The notes: generated by a model not told the origin, from the letters alone. A stretch of 64,000 nt of DNA from Ructibacterium sp. (GCA_045542095.1 JAZQKJ010000024.1:11254-75253); one strand, 5' to 3'. Positions 37,002-47,283 are shown, counted from the first letter of the stretch. Program-made: numbers and translations.

Positions 37002-37030
37002 TTGACATAAATCTTTCAAAAATATATAAT
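37002..37030 (+). promoter_or_regulatory. Perfect-consensus sigmaA promoter of the DUF4417 gene
   Basis: TTGACA (37002-37007), 17 bp, TATAAT (37025-37030). Confidence 0.75.
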
Positions 37031-37047
37031 AAATGGAGGAAAAGTAT

Positions 37048-37713
37048 ATGACAGATGAAGAGTTCAATAAAAACTATGATGTTTTTAATTCATTTCTGAC
37101 AAGTGATGCAGATTTTGAGGGATATATTGAGCTGCCTAAAATTAAAACCAGCAATCTAATACCTGAAAAATTGGTGACGTTTTCAAAAGCTATGTCAAAA
37201 TCATGGAAAGATTTTGATTGCTTTGTTATGTTTTACGAGCATGATGTGAAATTTGAAAGGTTATGGAATAATCCCCAAAAGTACCTTGAAAAGCTTAAAA
37301 GGTTTAAGGGAGTTATATCCCCTGACTTTAGTCTTTACAGAAATATGCCTTTGGTTATGCAACAATGGAACACATATAGAGGTCGGGCATTGGCGGTGTG
37401 GCTACAAAATAATGAAATTGAAGTTATTCCCAATGTAAGATTTAATGATGAGCGTACATATGCCTTTTGCTTTGATGGAATTGAGAGATTCAAGACCGTT
37501 GCAGTTGGTACCCATGGTTGTATAAAGAGAAAACCTGACAGGGAGTATTTTAAAAAAGGTATTGCCGAATTAGTTAAGAGGTTATTGCCAAAAACAATTA
37601 TTGTATATGGCAAAGCTCCCGACAGCATCTTTAAACCATATAAAGATGCAGGGATAGATATTATCCCATTTGAAAGTGAGTTTTCAAAGTCCAGAAAGCA
37701 GGTGGTTGCTTAA
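37048..37713 (+). CDS. DUF4417 domain-containing protein
   Basis: VMFYEHDVKFERLWNNP, VISPDFSLY, WNTYRGR, EVIPNVR, FCFDGI, VAVGTHG, IIVYG; ATG 37048 after GGAGG. Confidence 0.82.
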   Translation: MTDEEFNKNYDVFNSFLTSDADFEGYIELPKIKTSNLIPEKLVTFSKAMSKSWKDFDCFVMFYEHDVKFERLWNNPQKYLEKLKRFKGVISPDFSLYRNMPLVMQQWNTYRGRALAVWLQNNEIEVIPNVRFNDERTYAFCFDGIERFKTVAVGTHGCIKRKPDREYFKKGIAELVKRLLPKTIIVYGKAPDSIFKPYKDAGIDIIPFESEFSKSRKQVVA

Positions 37714-37771
37714 CTGGTGGTAATTTCGGCAGAACAAAAGGTAGTACTCTTGATTCCCTAAGCAATCTTTT

Positions 37772-37806
37772 AAACGCGGCAAATCCTGTTATGGATTGCC
37801 GCGTTT
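37772..37806. terminator. Bidirectional terminator between DUF4417 and MATE genes
   Basis: AAACGCGGCAA...TTGCCGCGTTT. Confidence 0.7.
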
Positions 37807-37810
37807 TTAA

Positions 37811-39157
37811 CTATGCTGACATTTTAAGTTTTTTAAGATTTATCTTATAGAAGATATAAAGGGTGATAAATGTTATAGCCCATGAGGATGCGTATACCGA
37901 GTATAGTACAGGCAGAGTTCTGAAAATCTGGAACACGGTGAAAACCCACAGAATTCTGAAACCGCAGGAGCCGGCTAAAGTTATAAACATGGAGGTGAAT
38001 GGCTTACCCATGCTCCTGAGGGCGCTTGCTGTACAGTTCATAAATCCTGCAATAAAGTAGAGCGTAGAGATATAACGGATTTTTTCTGCTCCGAATATCA
38101 CAACTTCCGGGTCGTTGGTGAATAATCCTGCAAGAGATTCGGCAAAAATTGAGGCCACAAGACCCAAAGTAAAGCCTACCCCTGTTATCAGGACTATACA
38201 ACGGCGGTAAACGGAACTGATATTATCGTATTTCTTTGCACCCACGTTCTGGGCTATAAAGGTCATTGCCGCCTGAGGAAAAGCGTCTATGCAAACGTAA
38301 ACCAGATTATCTATATTACTTGCGGCACCATTACCCGCTACTGCGATTGAGCCAAAGGAGTTAATTGATGACTGGACTATTACGTTGGACAAAGCAAAAC
38401 AGGTGCTTTGCAATCCTGTAGGCAGACCGACTTTGACTATTTCTTTGAATTCTGCAGCATGTATTTTCAGTTTTTTAAATATAAGACGGCTGGCGTCATG
38501 ACGATGGGTAAGAATAATCACAACCCATATAGCGGACAGATACTGTGAAATAATTGTCGCGATAGCAACTCCTGCAACGCTTAAATGGAATATTATTACA
38601 AAAACTAGGTTGAGGATTATATTTAATATTCCCGCAATAGCGGAGATAATCATTGGACGCTGAGTATCACCATTTGCACGGAGGATGCCGGAACCGAAGT
38701 TAAAGACCAATGATGCAGGCGTGCCTAAAAAGAATATCCTCAAATAAAGAGCTGCCAAACCTATAATATCTTCAGGAGTGTCCATAAGTGACAGCAGAGT
38801 TTTAGAAAAAACCTCACCTATAACAAGGGCTACTATGCCCAGAATGACCGCAAAAGTCATAGCGGTATGTACGGAGCGTAATGTAGCATGTCTATCTTCT
38901 GCGCCAATAAAACGTGCGACCACAACGCCCGAACCCAGGGAGAAGCCGATAAATAAATTGAGTATAAGGTTTACAAGAGAACCGTTGGAACTTACCGCGG
39001 CCAAAGCCTGACTTCCTGCAAATTTACCTACAACCATTATGTCTGCTGCGTTATACAAAATCTGTAAAAGACTTGTGAGCATAACGGGAATAGTAAAGGT
39101 GATGATTTTCTTGTAAAATGGTCCGGTTGTCATGTCAAGGCTTGATGCAACTGCCAT
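37811..39157 (-). CDS. MATE family efflux transporter
   Basis: MTTGPFYKKII, LYNAADIMVVG, ILRANGDT..P, LNLVFV...GVAIAT; two internal repeats, about 12 TM segments. Confidence 0.92.
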   Translation of the reverse strand: MAVASSLDMTTGPFYKKIITFTIPVMLTSLLQILYNAADIMVVGKFAGSQALAAVSSNGSLVNLILNLFIGFSLGSGVVVARFIGAEDRHATLRSVHTAMTFAVILGIVALVIGEVFSKTLLSLMDTPEDIIGLAALYLRIFFLGTPASLVFNFGSGILRANGDTQRPMIISAIAGILNIILNLVFVIIFHLSVAGVAIATIISQYLSAIWVVIILTHRHDASRLIFKKLKIHAAEFKEIVKVGLPTGLQSTCFALSNVIVQSSINSFGSIAVAGNGAASNIDNLVYVCIDAFPQAAMTFIAQNVGAKKYDNISSVYRRCIVLITGVGFTLGLVASIFAESLAGLFTNDPEVVIFGAEKIRYISTLYFIAGFMNCTASALRSMGKPFTSMFITLAGSCGFRILWVFTVFQIFRTLPVLYSVYASSWAITFITLYIFYKINLKKLKMSA

Positions 39158-39363
39158 AATATCTTCCTCTTTCCTAATTATTATTAAATTAATTGTAGCA
39201 CCATAACAAAAAAAGTCAAGTTTCAATAAGGTTACAGAAGATTAAAAAATGGCGTTTTTTCGGTAAATTTTCAAGATGTTGTTGTATGATTTGACAGAAA
39301 AAGACAAGATGTTGTGCCTGATTAAAAAACGCAAGTTTTTTCACTTTTTTTCTTAAAAAATTG

Positions 39364-39392
39364 TTGACAAACCTATTGATATATGATATTAT
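39364..39392 (+). promoter_or_regulatory. sigmaA promoter of the rpmG-secE-nusG operon
   Basis: TTGACA-17-TATTAT with extended TG. Confidence 0.65.
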
Positions 39393-39476
39393 AATGTGTA
39401 CCTCTGTGAAGAGGCTTTATTTGTGTTAACAAAAAGAATTATCTTTTTATTAGTTTAAATGAACGAGGTGAAAGAA

Positions 39477-39626
39477 ATGCAAACCAAGATTACATTGGCA
39501 TGTACTGAATGCAAGCAGAGAAATTACGATACAACAAAGAACAAGCAGAACTGCCCTGACAGACTTGAACTTAAAAAGTATTGCAGATTCTGCAGAAAGC
39601 ACACTGTGCATAAGGAAACAAAATAG
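39477..39626 (+). CDS. rpmG: 50S ribosomal protein L33 (Zn-binding CxxC form)
   Basis: Below the ORF-track cutoff; [49 protein letters not shown]; GAGGTG RBS. Confidence 0.96.
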   Translation: MQTKITLACTECKQRNYDTTKNKQNCPDRLELKKYCRFCRKHTVHKETK

Positions 39627-39658
39627 TTTGTTCCTTGTTGGAAAAGGAGTATAGTATT

Positions 39659-39868
39659 ATGGAAAACACAAAGCCAAATGTATTTACCAAAATGGTAAAT
39701 TACTTCAAAGAAGTAAAAGTTGAGCTGAAGAAGGTTGTATGGCCTACATTTTCAAAAGTTAAGAAGAACACCCTTATCGTAATCCTTTATGTTTTGATTA
39801 TTGGTGTTGTTATCTGGGCTTTGGATGCAATCTTTGGTTTAGGCCTGTCATTCTTCATTAACAGATAA
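39659..39868 (+). CDS. secE: Preprotein translocase subunit SecE
   Basis: EVKVELKKVVWPT plus one TM segment; sits between rpmG and nusG. Confidence 0.95.
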   Translation: MENTKPNVFTKMVNYFKEVKVELKKVVWPTFSKVKKNTLIVILYVLIIGVVIWALDAIFGLGLSFFINR

Positions 39869-39904
39869 TAAATAGGAGGGAAGGGATTCGTTTCCCACTA
39901 ATTT

Positions 39905-40423
39905 ATGGCAAGTGCAAAATGGTATGTTGCTCATACCTATTCAGGTTATGAGAACAAAGTAATGACTGATATAATGAAAACCGTAGAGAATCGCAATATG
40001 GCTGATGTTATTCAGGAAGTCCGCGTTCCTATGGAAGAAGTTATTGAGATGAAAGACAACCAGAAAAAGGTTGTCGAGCGCAAAATCTATCCAAGCTATG
40101 TTATGGTCAAGATGATTATGACCGACGAAAGCTGGTATGTTGTCAGAAATACCCGTGGTGTTACGGGATTTGTTGGCCCAGGTTCTACACCTGTTCCTCT
40201 TTCAGATGATGAGGTTGCATCTATGGGACTTGAACATACCACCATTAAGCTTGACTTTGAGGTTGGCGACAGCATCAGGGTTAAGTATGGTCCTTTGGAG
40301 GGCTTTGTTGGAAACATCACCGAAATCCAGATGGACAAGCAGAAGATTCGCGCAAAGGTTTCTATGTTTGGCCGTGATACCGATGTTGAACTTGAGTTCA
40401 ATCAGGTAGAGGCTCTCGTTTAA
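39905..40423 (+). CDS. nusG: Transcription termination/antitermination factor NusG
   Basis: WYVAHTYSGYE, YPSYVMV, VRNTRGVTGFVG, KOW domain, MFGRDTDVEL. Confidence 0.97.
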   Translation: MASAKWYVAHTYSGYENKVMTDIMKTVENRNMADVIQEVRVPMEEVIEMKDNQKKVVERKIYPSYVMVKMIMTDESWYVVRNTRGVTGFVGPGSTPVPLSDDEVASMGLEHTTIKLDFEVGDSIRVKYGPLEGFVGNITEIQMDKQKIRAKVSMFGRDTDVELEFNQVEALV

Positions 40424-40479
40424 AATTGTTACCCACACGGATGATTCCGTTTTTATATTCCGATGTTCTTCATCGGTCT

Positions 40480-40524
40480 GTGGGAGGGAAAGCTGCCATG
40501 GGGCAGGCATCCCGATAATACCAC
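40480..40524 (+). promoter_or_regulatory. Putative L1-binding autoregulatory site upstream of rplK
   Basis: GTGGGAG...ACCAC flanking an internal hairpin. Confidence 0.6.
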
Positions 40525-40552
40525 GTTTGTGAAACAAGGAGGTGTATTCAAA

Positions 40553-40978
40553 ATGGCACAGAAAATCACAGGTTACATTAAATTGCAGATTCCTGCAGGT
40601 AAGGCTACTCCTGCTCCCCCTGTTGGTCCGGCTCTCGGTCAGCACGGTGTGAACATCATGGATTTTACAAAGCAGTTTAATGAAAAGACACAGAAGGATG
40701 CAGGTTTGATTATTCCGGTTGTTATCACCGTATATCAGGACAGATCCTTCACATTTGTAACCAAGACTCCTCCCGCTCCTGTTTTGATTAAGAAAGCATG
40801 TAAAATCCAGAGCGGTTCAGGTGTACCTAACAAGACAAAGGTTGCTCAGCTCAGCAAAGCAGACCTTCAGGCTATCGCAGAACAGAAGATGCCTGACCTT
40901 AATGCAGCATCAATTGAAGCTGCAATGTCTATGATTGCAGGTACTGCACGTTCTATGGGTATTACCGTAGAAGAGTAA
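40553..40978 (+). CDS. rplK: 50S ribosomal protein L11
   Basis: [33 protein letters not shown]. Confidence 0.98.
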   Translation: MAQKITGYIKLQIPAGKATPAPPVGPALGQHGVNIMDFTKQFNEKTQKDAGLIIPVVITVYQDRSFTFVTKTPPAPVLIKKACKIQSGSGVPNKTKVAQLSKADLQAIAEQKMPDLNAASIEAAMSMIAGTARSMGITVEE

Positions 40979-41002
40979 TTTCGGTTACAAGTTTTGAAAA
41001 TA

Positions 41003-41038
41003 GTGGGAGGAACGCAGATAAGCGTTCTGTGAAACCAC
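41003..41038 (+). promoter_or_regulatory. Second putative L1-binding site upstream of rplA
   Basis: GTGGGAG-GAACGC-AGATAA-GCGTTC-TGTGAA-ACCAC directly before the AGGAGG RBS. Confidence 0.6.
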
Positions 41039-41055
41039 CATAGGAGGATTTAACA

Positions 41056-41751
41056 TTGAAGAAAGGTAAAAAGTATCAAGACGGCGTAAAGCTGATTGAA
41101 AAAGGTAAGCTCTATGACCCATCAGAAGCTTTGGATCTTGTTTGCAAGACTGCTAAAGCTAAGTTTGATGAAACAGTTGAGCTTCACGTTAGACTGGGTG
41201 TAGACTCACGTCACGCTGACCAGCAGGTTCGTGGTGCAGTTGTTCTTCCTAACGGTACAGGTAAAACTGTTCGTGTTCTTGTATTTGCAAGAGAGGGCAA
41301 GGCTGACGAAGCTAAGGCTGCAGGTGCAGATTATGTAGGTGCTGAGGAATTAGCACAGAAAATTCAGACCGAGAACTGGTTTGATTTCGACGTTGTTGTT
41401 GCAACTCCTGATATGATGGGTGTTGTTGGTAGAATTGGTAGAGTCTTAGGTCCTAAGGGTCTCATGCCTAACCCAAAAGCAGGTACAGTTACTCCTGATA
41501 TAGCTAAGGCTATTGAGGAGATTAAGTCAGGTAAGATTGAATATCGTCTGGACAAGACAAACATTATTCACTGTCCTATCGGTAAGGCTTCATTTGGTGC
41601 TGAAAAGCTCAGTGCTAACTTTAACGCTCTTATGGGCGCTATTATAAAGGCTAAGCCTGCCGCTGCAAAAGGTCAGTACCTGAAGTCTGTTGCAATTGCA
41701 TCTACAATGGGCCCCGGAATTAAAATCAATCCAAGCAAGGTTGAGGGTTAA
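41056..41751 (+). CDS. rplA: 50S ribosomal protein L1
   Basis: [40 protein letters not shown]; TTG start. Confidence 0.98.
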   Translation: MKKGKKYQDGVKLIEKGKLYDPSEALDLVCKTAKAKFDETVELHVRLGVDSRHADQQVRGAVVLPNGTGKTVRVLVFAREGKADEAKAAGADYVGAEELAQKIQTENWFDFDVVVATPDMMGVVGRIGRVLGPKGLMPNPKAGTVTPDIAKAIEEIKSGKIEYRLDKTNIIHCPIGKASFGAEKLSANFNALMGAIIKAKPAAAKGQYLKSVAIASTMGPGIKINPSKVEG

Positions 41752-41790
41752 TTCCTGATTATTAAAAAATAAAATTAAATTAAATATATT

Positions 41791-41882
41791 CCGCAGACAG
41801 CAGGTGGTAATTGCCGTAAATCCTGCCGAGGATAACAAATACAAATTGTATCTGTGCCCTCGCAATCCCTGCGAGGGTTTTT
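41791..41882 (+). promoter_or_regulatory. L10 leader (rplJ-rplL autoregulatory RNA)
   Basis: AGACAGCAGG...TAAATCCTGCCGAGG followed by a CCCTCGCA/TGCGAGGG hairpin and T tract, directly upstream of rplJ. Confidence 0.8.
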
Positions 41883-41922
41883 ATTAAGCGGAATCACATT
41901 TCAGAAAGGAGGACGCTACAAA

Positions 41923-42594
41923 ATGCCAAGCGAAAAAGTTTTAGAAAACAAAAAGGCGATTGTTGCACAGCTTACAGAGAGATTTCAGAGCGCTCAGGCG
42001 GGTGTTCTGGCAGACTACAGAGGACTTACAGTTGCTCAGGATACAGAGCTTCGTTCGAAACTGAGAGAAGCAGGTGTTGAATACACAGTATTAAAGAACA
42101 ACCTGGTTCGTTTTGCTGCGAAGAATGTTGGTCTTGATGATCTTGATCCTGTTCTTCACGGTCCTACAGCTATCGCAACAAGTGCTGATGACGTTGTTGC
42201 TCCTGCTAAGGTTCTGGTTGAGTTCGCAAAGGAGAACGAAGCATTAGAACTTAAGGGCGGTTTTGTTGACGGTAAGGTTATTTCTGTTGATGAGGTTAAG
42301 GTTTATGCTGCTATTCCATCAAAAGAGGTTCTTATCTCCAAGATGCTCGGTTCATTGCAGTCACCTATCAGTGCTCTTGCAAGAACATTGCAGGCTATTG
42401 TTGATGAAGAGGCTGTTCCCGGTCAGAAAGCTGAGGAGGCTCCTGCTGAAGAGGCTGCTCCTGTTGAGGACGCTCCTGCAGTTGAAGAGGCTCCTGCTGA
42501 GGAAGCAGCTCCTGCAGCTGAAGAGGCTCCTGTTGAGGAAGCTCCAGCTACTGAAGAGGCTCCCGCTGAGGAAGCTCCAGCTACTGAGGAATAA
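41923..42594 (+). CDS. rplJ: 50S ribosomal protein L10 with acidic (EEAPA)n C-terminal extension
   Basis: ADYRGLTV, LRSKLRE, VLKNNL, GPTAIA, LKGG, IPSKEVLIS; about 60-aa Glu/Ala/Pro tail. Confidence 0.96.
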   Translation: MPSEKVLENKKAIVAQLTERFQSAQAGVLADYRGLTVAQDTELRSKLREAGVEYTVLKNNLVRFAAKNVGLDDLDPVLHGPTAIATSADDVVAPAKVLVEFAKENEALELKGGFVDGKVISVDEVKVYAAIPSKEVLISKMLGSLQSPISALARTLQAIVDEEAVPGQKAEEAPAEEAAPVEDAPAVEEAPAEEAAPAAEEAPVEEAPATEEAPAEEAPATEE

Positions 42595-42678
42595 TCAGTT
42601 AGCAAATGTTTATACCATGGCATAGCCATGGAAAGGTTACGAATTTAAAAAAATATTTATAAAATGGAGGATTTTAAA

Positions 42679-43050
42679 ATGGCTGACGTAACAAAGATTC
42701 TTGACGAAATAAAAGAACTTACATTACTTGAAGTAAATGATTTAGTAAAGGCTCTTGAAGAAGAGTTTGGCGTATCTGCTGCTGCTCCTGTTATGGTTGC
42801 AGGCGGTGCTGTTGCAGGCGGCGATGCTGCTGCAGAGAAGAGCGAATTTGACGTAGTACTTGCTGATGCAGGTGCTCAGAAGATTAAGGTAATCAAGGTT
42901 GTTAGAGAAATCACAGGCCTTGGCCTTGCTGAAGCAAAAGCTTTAGTTGATGGCGCTCCTAAGACAGTTAAGGAAGCTGCTGCTAAAGAAGAAGCTGAAG
43001 AAATCAAAACAAAGCTCGAAGAAGTTGGCGCAAAGGTTGAACTCAAATAA
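42679..43050 (+). CDS. rplL: 50S ribosomal protein L7/L12
   Basis: [45 protein letters not shown]. Confidence 0.98.
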   Translation: MADVTKILDEIKELTLLEVNDLVKALEEEFGVSAAAPVMVAGGAVAGGDAAAEKSEFDVVLADAGAQKIKVIKVVREITGLGLAEAKALVDGAPKTVKEAAAKEEAEEIKTKLEEVGAKVELK

Positions 43051-43065
43051 TTAATGCAAAACTTT

Positions 43066-43095
43066 AAAAAGACCACCTTTAATGGTGGTCTTTTT
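43066..43095. terminator. Bidirectional terminator after rplL
   Basis: AAAAAGACCACC-TTTAAT-GGTGGTCTTTTT. Confidence 0.8.
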
Positions 43096-43098
43096 TTG

Positions 43099-43797
43099 CT
43101 ATATAAACATAAGATACAAAACTGTTATAAGTCCCGTAATTGCCATGGCGCAACCGCTCATAGCACCCTCTATATCACCAAGCTCTATTGCTTTGGTTGT
43201 GCCAAGTGCATGACTGCTTGTACCGATTGCAATTCCTGCCTCCACAGGATTTTTTATTCTGAATAGCTTTATAAGGGTTGGAGAAAACATCGCTCCGAAA
43301 ATTCCCGTAACCACAAGGCAGAACACGGTAACAGAGGCTATACCTCCGTTTTGCTCGCTCAGGGGTATTGCAATAGCTGTTGTAACGGATTTGGGCAGTA
43401 ACGACGCCGTAAGGGCTTCGTCAAATCCTGCCCACTTGCACATAAAGTATACAACAATAATAGATGTTGCAGCGCCCACTGCTGTTCCTGCAAGAACAGG
43501 GAGCCAATATTTCTTTAAAAGATGCATTTGCTGATAAATTTTAAGGGCAAGTGCCGCTGTGGCAGGTGCCAGAAAAATCTCTATCATCTTACCACCCTGA
43601 TTATAGTTATCATAAGGTATACCAAAAACTAAAAGAACAGCTATGACTATAAAAGTGGCTATAAGATTGGGGTTTGCAATAGGAGTTTTCAGCGCCCTGT
43701 TAATTTTTACTCCTGCAATATAGGAAAGAATGGTCAAAGTCACGCCAAACAGGGGCTGACCGGTAAAGTTTCTAAGGATTTCCACCAAATTACTCAT
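43099..43797 (-). CDS. lrgB: LrgB family protein
   Basis: ANPNLIA, FLAPATAALA, LLPKSVTTAIA, GTSSHALGT. Confidence 0.92.
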   Translation of the reverse strand: MSNLVEILRNFTGQPLFGVTLTILSYIAGVKINRALKTPIANPNLIATFIVIAVLLVFGIPYDNYNQGGKMIEIFLAPATAALALKIYQQMHLLKKYWLPVLAGTAVGAATSIIVVYFMCKWAGFDEALTASLLPKSVTTAIAIPLSEQNGGIASVTVFCLVVTGIFGAMFSPTLIKLFRIKNPVEAGIAIGTSSHALGTTKAIELGDIEGAMSGCAMAITGLITVLYLMFI

Positions 43798-44167
43798 TTT
43801 CAGCACCTCTTTTTCTAAATCTGTTTTCCAACCATACCACAAGCCTAATTGTGTATGAGGTAACTGCAAATATAATAACCGTTGATATAAGGCAAATCAA
43901 GATAATCTGCCCAATAACAGATTTTATAGACCCGTAATACTTGATAATTCCAACGGTTGCAGGAACAAAAAACAATGCCATATTGTTCAATAAAAAATCT
44001 ATTGTTTCCCGCATGAAGTCGGGCTTAAGCCATTTAAAGAAAAACAGGAAAAAGAGTAAAATCATGGACATTACACTTCCCGGAAAACCAAAGGGCAATA
44101 GGGCGCAAATCAGTTCTGCTAATGAGCATATTAAAAATATTATTACTGTTTGAATTAGGATTTTCAT
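43790..44167 (-). CDS. CidA/LrgA family holin-like protein
   Basis: FPGSVMSMILLF, LLNNMALFFVPATVG; overlaps the lrgB start. Confidence 0.9.
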   Translation of the reverse strand: MKILIQTVIIFLICSLAELICALLPFGFPGSVMSMILLFFLFFFKWLKPDFMRETIDFLLNNMALFFVPATVGIIKYYGSIKSVIGQIILICLISTVIIFAVTSYTIRLVVWLENRFRKRGAENE

Positions 44168-44178
44168 AATTTTGTCCT

Positions 44179-44661
44179 TTACATTTTGTCAAGAATGTTA
44201 ATAATTTCAAGGTTTTGTTCCATGGCATAGCTTACTGTTTTGTATGTTCCGCTTCTTGTGTTAAGCAGATAAAAGATGCAGTAATTACTGTTATCAACCA
44301 TGTACATATTTCGTTTCATCATACAATCTGGGGTGTATTCTTTTGAAATATAATGAATATTATTGGCTTTTTTCAGAATTTCGTCGTATCTTTCTTTCTG
44401 GTGTAAAGTCCAGCCCTTTGTTTGTTCAATACAAGGCAGAGCAAGAGAAAGGGTTATGTTGGGGAACCGTGTATCACGTAGCTTAAGCACAGTTTCTGCC
44501 GCAAGGGTATCAAAGCCAAGGGCTCCTCCTGTAATAAAATTAGTAACACCTTTTTCAATAAGTGAGCATATTTTTTTATCCAGAGCCAAAACCAGAGCTT
44601 CCCTTGTTGTATTATCTATTATTCTGTGTCCTGTAAAGCAACAGGATGTATTTTTACTCAT
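44179..44661 (-). CDS. SLOG family protein (DUF1273/YpsA-like)
   Basis: CCFTGHR, FITGGALGFDTLAAE, RNMYMVDNS, SGT..TV.YA. Confidence 0.82.
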   Translation of the reverse strand: MSKNTSCCFTGHRIIDNTTREALVLALDKKICSLIEKGVTNFITGGALGFDTLAAETVLKLRDTRFPNITLSLALPCIEQTKGWTLHQKERYDEILKKANNIHYISKEYTPDCMMKRNMYMVDNSNYCIFYLLNTRSGTYKTVSYAMEQNLEIINILDKM

Positions 44662-44664
44662 TTT

Positions 44665-45378
44665 TTATTTACCTAAATAATCTGCTCGGGTAACCTTTAT
44701 AGCGGATACACAGTTGGTTTCTTTATCAAACATAAAATATTGCATATAGAGTTTATCTTTATCGGTTGCCTTGACTGCATCGTTCCTATTGTTACCCAGA
44801 TATTCAACTTTACTACCGTCTGCTTTAAAATATCTGACAGCGTTTGCAGGTGTTTCACCACTTATAACTGTGCCGTCCTCTGCGGTCTGCTCTTCCTTTC
44901 TTTCGTTGGAAAGGTCGCCGTAAGCCTTTGAAAAATCTTCAAAGGAGGCATTAAGCCCCACACCGCGGCTGGTTTTGTAACGGGTTTTGATGGTTTCATC
45001 ATCAAATTCACCGCTTGAAAGAGTCATACCGACGGAGATATTCTCTTGGTTATACTGTACTGAAATGCCATTATATATAACGTTTGAACCGCTTTTGCGA
45101 ACAGCCTCTCCTGTGACAGCCTCTATATCAGGGAGAGCCATGCCTATTGAAATTCCCTGACCTGTGGTGGAGTCAATAAATGAAAGGTCATCTGTATCGT
45201 ATTGATATTTTGTTTCTTCTGTCCGTTCGTCAAGAGTAACATCTACCTCTCCTGTTTCCTGATTTTGCACAATGTTTGTTCCCTGCGGACTTGCAGTTTC
45301 TTTTTTGCCGCAGGATACAAGGGTTAAAACTGCAAGAGATAGTATCATAAATATTGTCAAGAATTTTTTTGTATTCAT
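44665..45378 (-). CDS. Lipoprotein of unknown function
   Basis: Signal peptide with lipobox LVSC; KTSRGVGLNAS....KAYG segment. Confidence 0.7.
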   Translation of the reverse strand: MNTKKFLTIFMILSLAVLTLVSCGKKETASPQGTNIVQNQETGEVDVTLDERTEETKYQYDTDDLSFIDSTTGQGISIGMALPDIEAVTGEAVRKSGSNVIYNGISVQYNQENISVGMTLSSGEFDDETIKTRYKTSRGVGLNASFEDFSKAYGDLSNERKEEQTAEDGTVISGETPANAVRYFKADGSKVEYLGNNRNDAVKATDKDKLYMQYFMFDKETNCVSAIKVTRADYLGK

Positions 45379-45390
45379 AGATATCCTCCT

Positions 45391-47253
45391 TTAGGATTTA
45401 ATATAAATCATTAAAACGGCTATATCAGCTGGTGAAACCCCTGAAATTCTGGATGCCTGACCTAATGATGCAGGTCTGATTTTATCAAGCTTCTGACGTG
45501 CCTCAAGACGAAGTCCGTCAATGCTTAAATAGTCTATATCTGTTGGGAGTTTCTTTTCCTCAAGCTTCTTAAACTGTTCAGCCTGATTGAGCTGTCGGTT
45601 GATATAGCCCTCGTATTTAATGGTTATTTCCGCCTGTTCCCATACCTCTTTTGGAAGTTCGGGTCGGTTTTTGTCAAAGGGAGCAAGTCCCTGATAGCTT
45701 ACCTGGGGACGTTTTAAAAGCTCGTCGGCATGTATTCCCGATTTAAGAGGGGTACTGCCGATTTGAGTAAGGTATTCCTGCATTTGAGCTGTGGGAGCAA
45801 ATACAAGACTTCTTAAACGCTCTGTTTCTTCTTCTATCTGTGTTCTTTTTTCTAAAAATTTGTTATAGCGTTCCTCTGAGATAAGCCCCACCTCATAACC
45901 CGTAGGGGTAAGACGTAGGTCCGCATTATCCTGACGGAGTAAAAGACGGTATTCGGAGCGGGACGTCATCATACGATAAGGCTCGTTTGTACCTTTGGTA
46001 ACAAGGTCGTCTATAAGTGCTCCTATGTAAGCCTTTGAGCGGTCGATTATAATAGGTTCCTTGCCTGTAAGCTTTCTTGCGGCGTTTATGCCTGCTATAA
46101 GTCCCTGTGCCGCCGCCTCTTCATAGCCTGAGGTACCATTGAATTGCCCTGCCCCATAAAGACCGCTTATTTTCTTGAATTCAAGAGTTGGGTTAAGCTG
46201 GAGTGGGTCAATACAATCGTATTCGATTGCGTATGCGTTTCGCATAACCTGTGCGTTTTCAAAGCCCGGCAGCGAATGTATCATATCAAGCTGAACATCT
46301 TCGGGCATACTGCTTGAAAAGCCCTGAAGATACATTTCCTCTGTATCAAGACCCATGGGCTCGATAAACAGCTGATGGCGTTCTTTATCTTTAAAACGCA
46401 CAATTTTATCCTCGATAGAGGGGCAGTATCTTGGACCGATTCCCTTTATATCCCCGCCGTACAGAGGAGAGCGATGGAGGTTGTCCAGAATAATTTTGTG
46501 GGTTTTCTCATTAGTATAGGTAATATAGCAGGAAGATTGATTGGTAAGGGTTTCCTTTGTTTCAAAGGAGAATGGTGTGATTTCATCGTCGCCCTTTTGT
46601 TCTTCAAGCTGTGAAAAATCTATGCTTCTTCTGCTTATGCGGGGTGGTGTTCCTGTTTTAAAGCGGACAAGCTCAACCCCGAATTTTTGGAGGTTAGCCG
46701 ACAGTCCGTTGGCAGGGAAAACCCCGTCGGGACCGCTTTCCTTACTATATTCACCAATAATAATTCGTGATTTTAAATATGTTCCTGTGCAGATTATTGC
46801 CACCCTGCATAAATATTCTGCTCCGCTCTCTGCAATAACAGAGCGGACAGAATTATCTTCGTTCAGAGTAATGTCAACAATTTCGCCCTGACGTATATCA
46901 AGATTATCCTGAAGCTCCAGACGGTGCTTCATTTCGGTCTGGTAGTGTCTGCGGTCGATTTGAGCACGCAGAGAATGAACTGCAGGACCTTTACCGCGGT
47001 TTAAAATACGGGACTGAATAAAGGTGGCATCTGCCGCTTTGCCCATTTCACCGCCCAGAGCGTCAATCTCCCTGACAAGATGTCCCTTTGCCGTGCCACC
47101 TATACTTGGGTTGCAGGGCAGGTTTGCAACGCTGTCTAAAGAAATGGAAAAGAGGCAGGTCCTAAGTCCCAGCCTTGCTGCGGCGAAAGCCGCCTCTATT
47201 CCTGCATGTCCGCCGCCTACCACGGCAATATCATAAGTATCTGCAATAAACAA
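45391..47253 (-). CDS. mnmG: tRNA uridine-5-carboxymethylaminomethyl(34) synthesis enzyme MnmG
   Basis: [72 protein letters not shown]. Confidence 0.98.
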   Translation of the reverse strand: MFIADTYDIAVVGGGHAGIEAAFAAARLGLRTCLFSISLDSVANLPCNPSIGGTAKGHLVREIDALGGEMGKAADATFIQSRILNRGKGPAVHSLRAQIDRRHYQTEMKHRLELQDNLDIRQGEIVDITLNEDNSVRSVIAESGAEYLCRVAIICTGTYLKSRIIIGEYSKESGPDGVFPANGLSANLQKFGVELVRFKTGTPPRISRRSIDFSQLEEQKGDDEITPFSFETKETLTNQSSCYITYTNEKTHKIILDNLHRSPLYGGDIKGIGPRYCPSIEDKIVRFKDKERHQLFIEPMGLDTEEMYLQGFSSSMPEDVQLDMIHSLPGFENAQVMRNAYAIEYDCIDPLQLNPTLEFKKISGLYGAGQFNGTSGYEEAAAQGLIAGINAARKLTGKEPIIIDRSKAYIGALIDDLVTKGTNEPYRMMTSRSEYRLLLRQDNADLRLTPTGYEVGLISEERYNKFLEKRTQIEEETERLRSLVFAPTAQMQEYLTQIGSTPLKSGIHADELLKRPQVSYQGLAPFDKNRPELPKEVWEQAEITIKYEGYINRQLNQAEQFKKLEEKKLPTDIDYLSIDGLRLEARQKLDKIRPASLGQASRISGVSPADIAVLMIYIKS

Positions 47254-47283
47254 ATTTTATACACTCCTAAATTTTGCTTTTGG

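Noticed and set aside
42263-42629. Alternative-frame ORFs over the L10 tail
   Set aside because: Shadows of the GC-rich tandem repeat in other frames.
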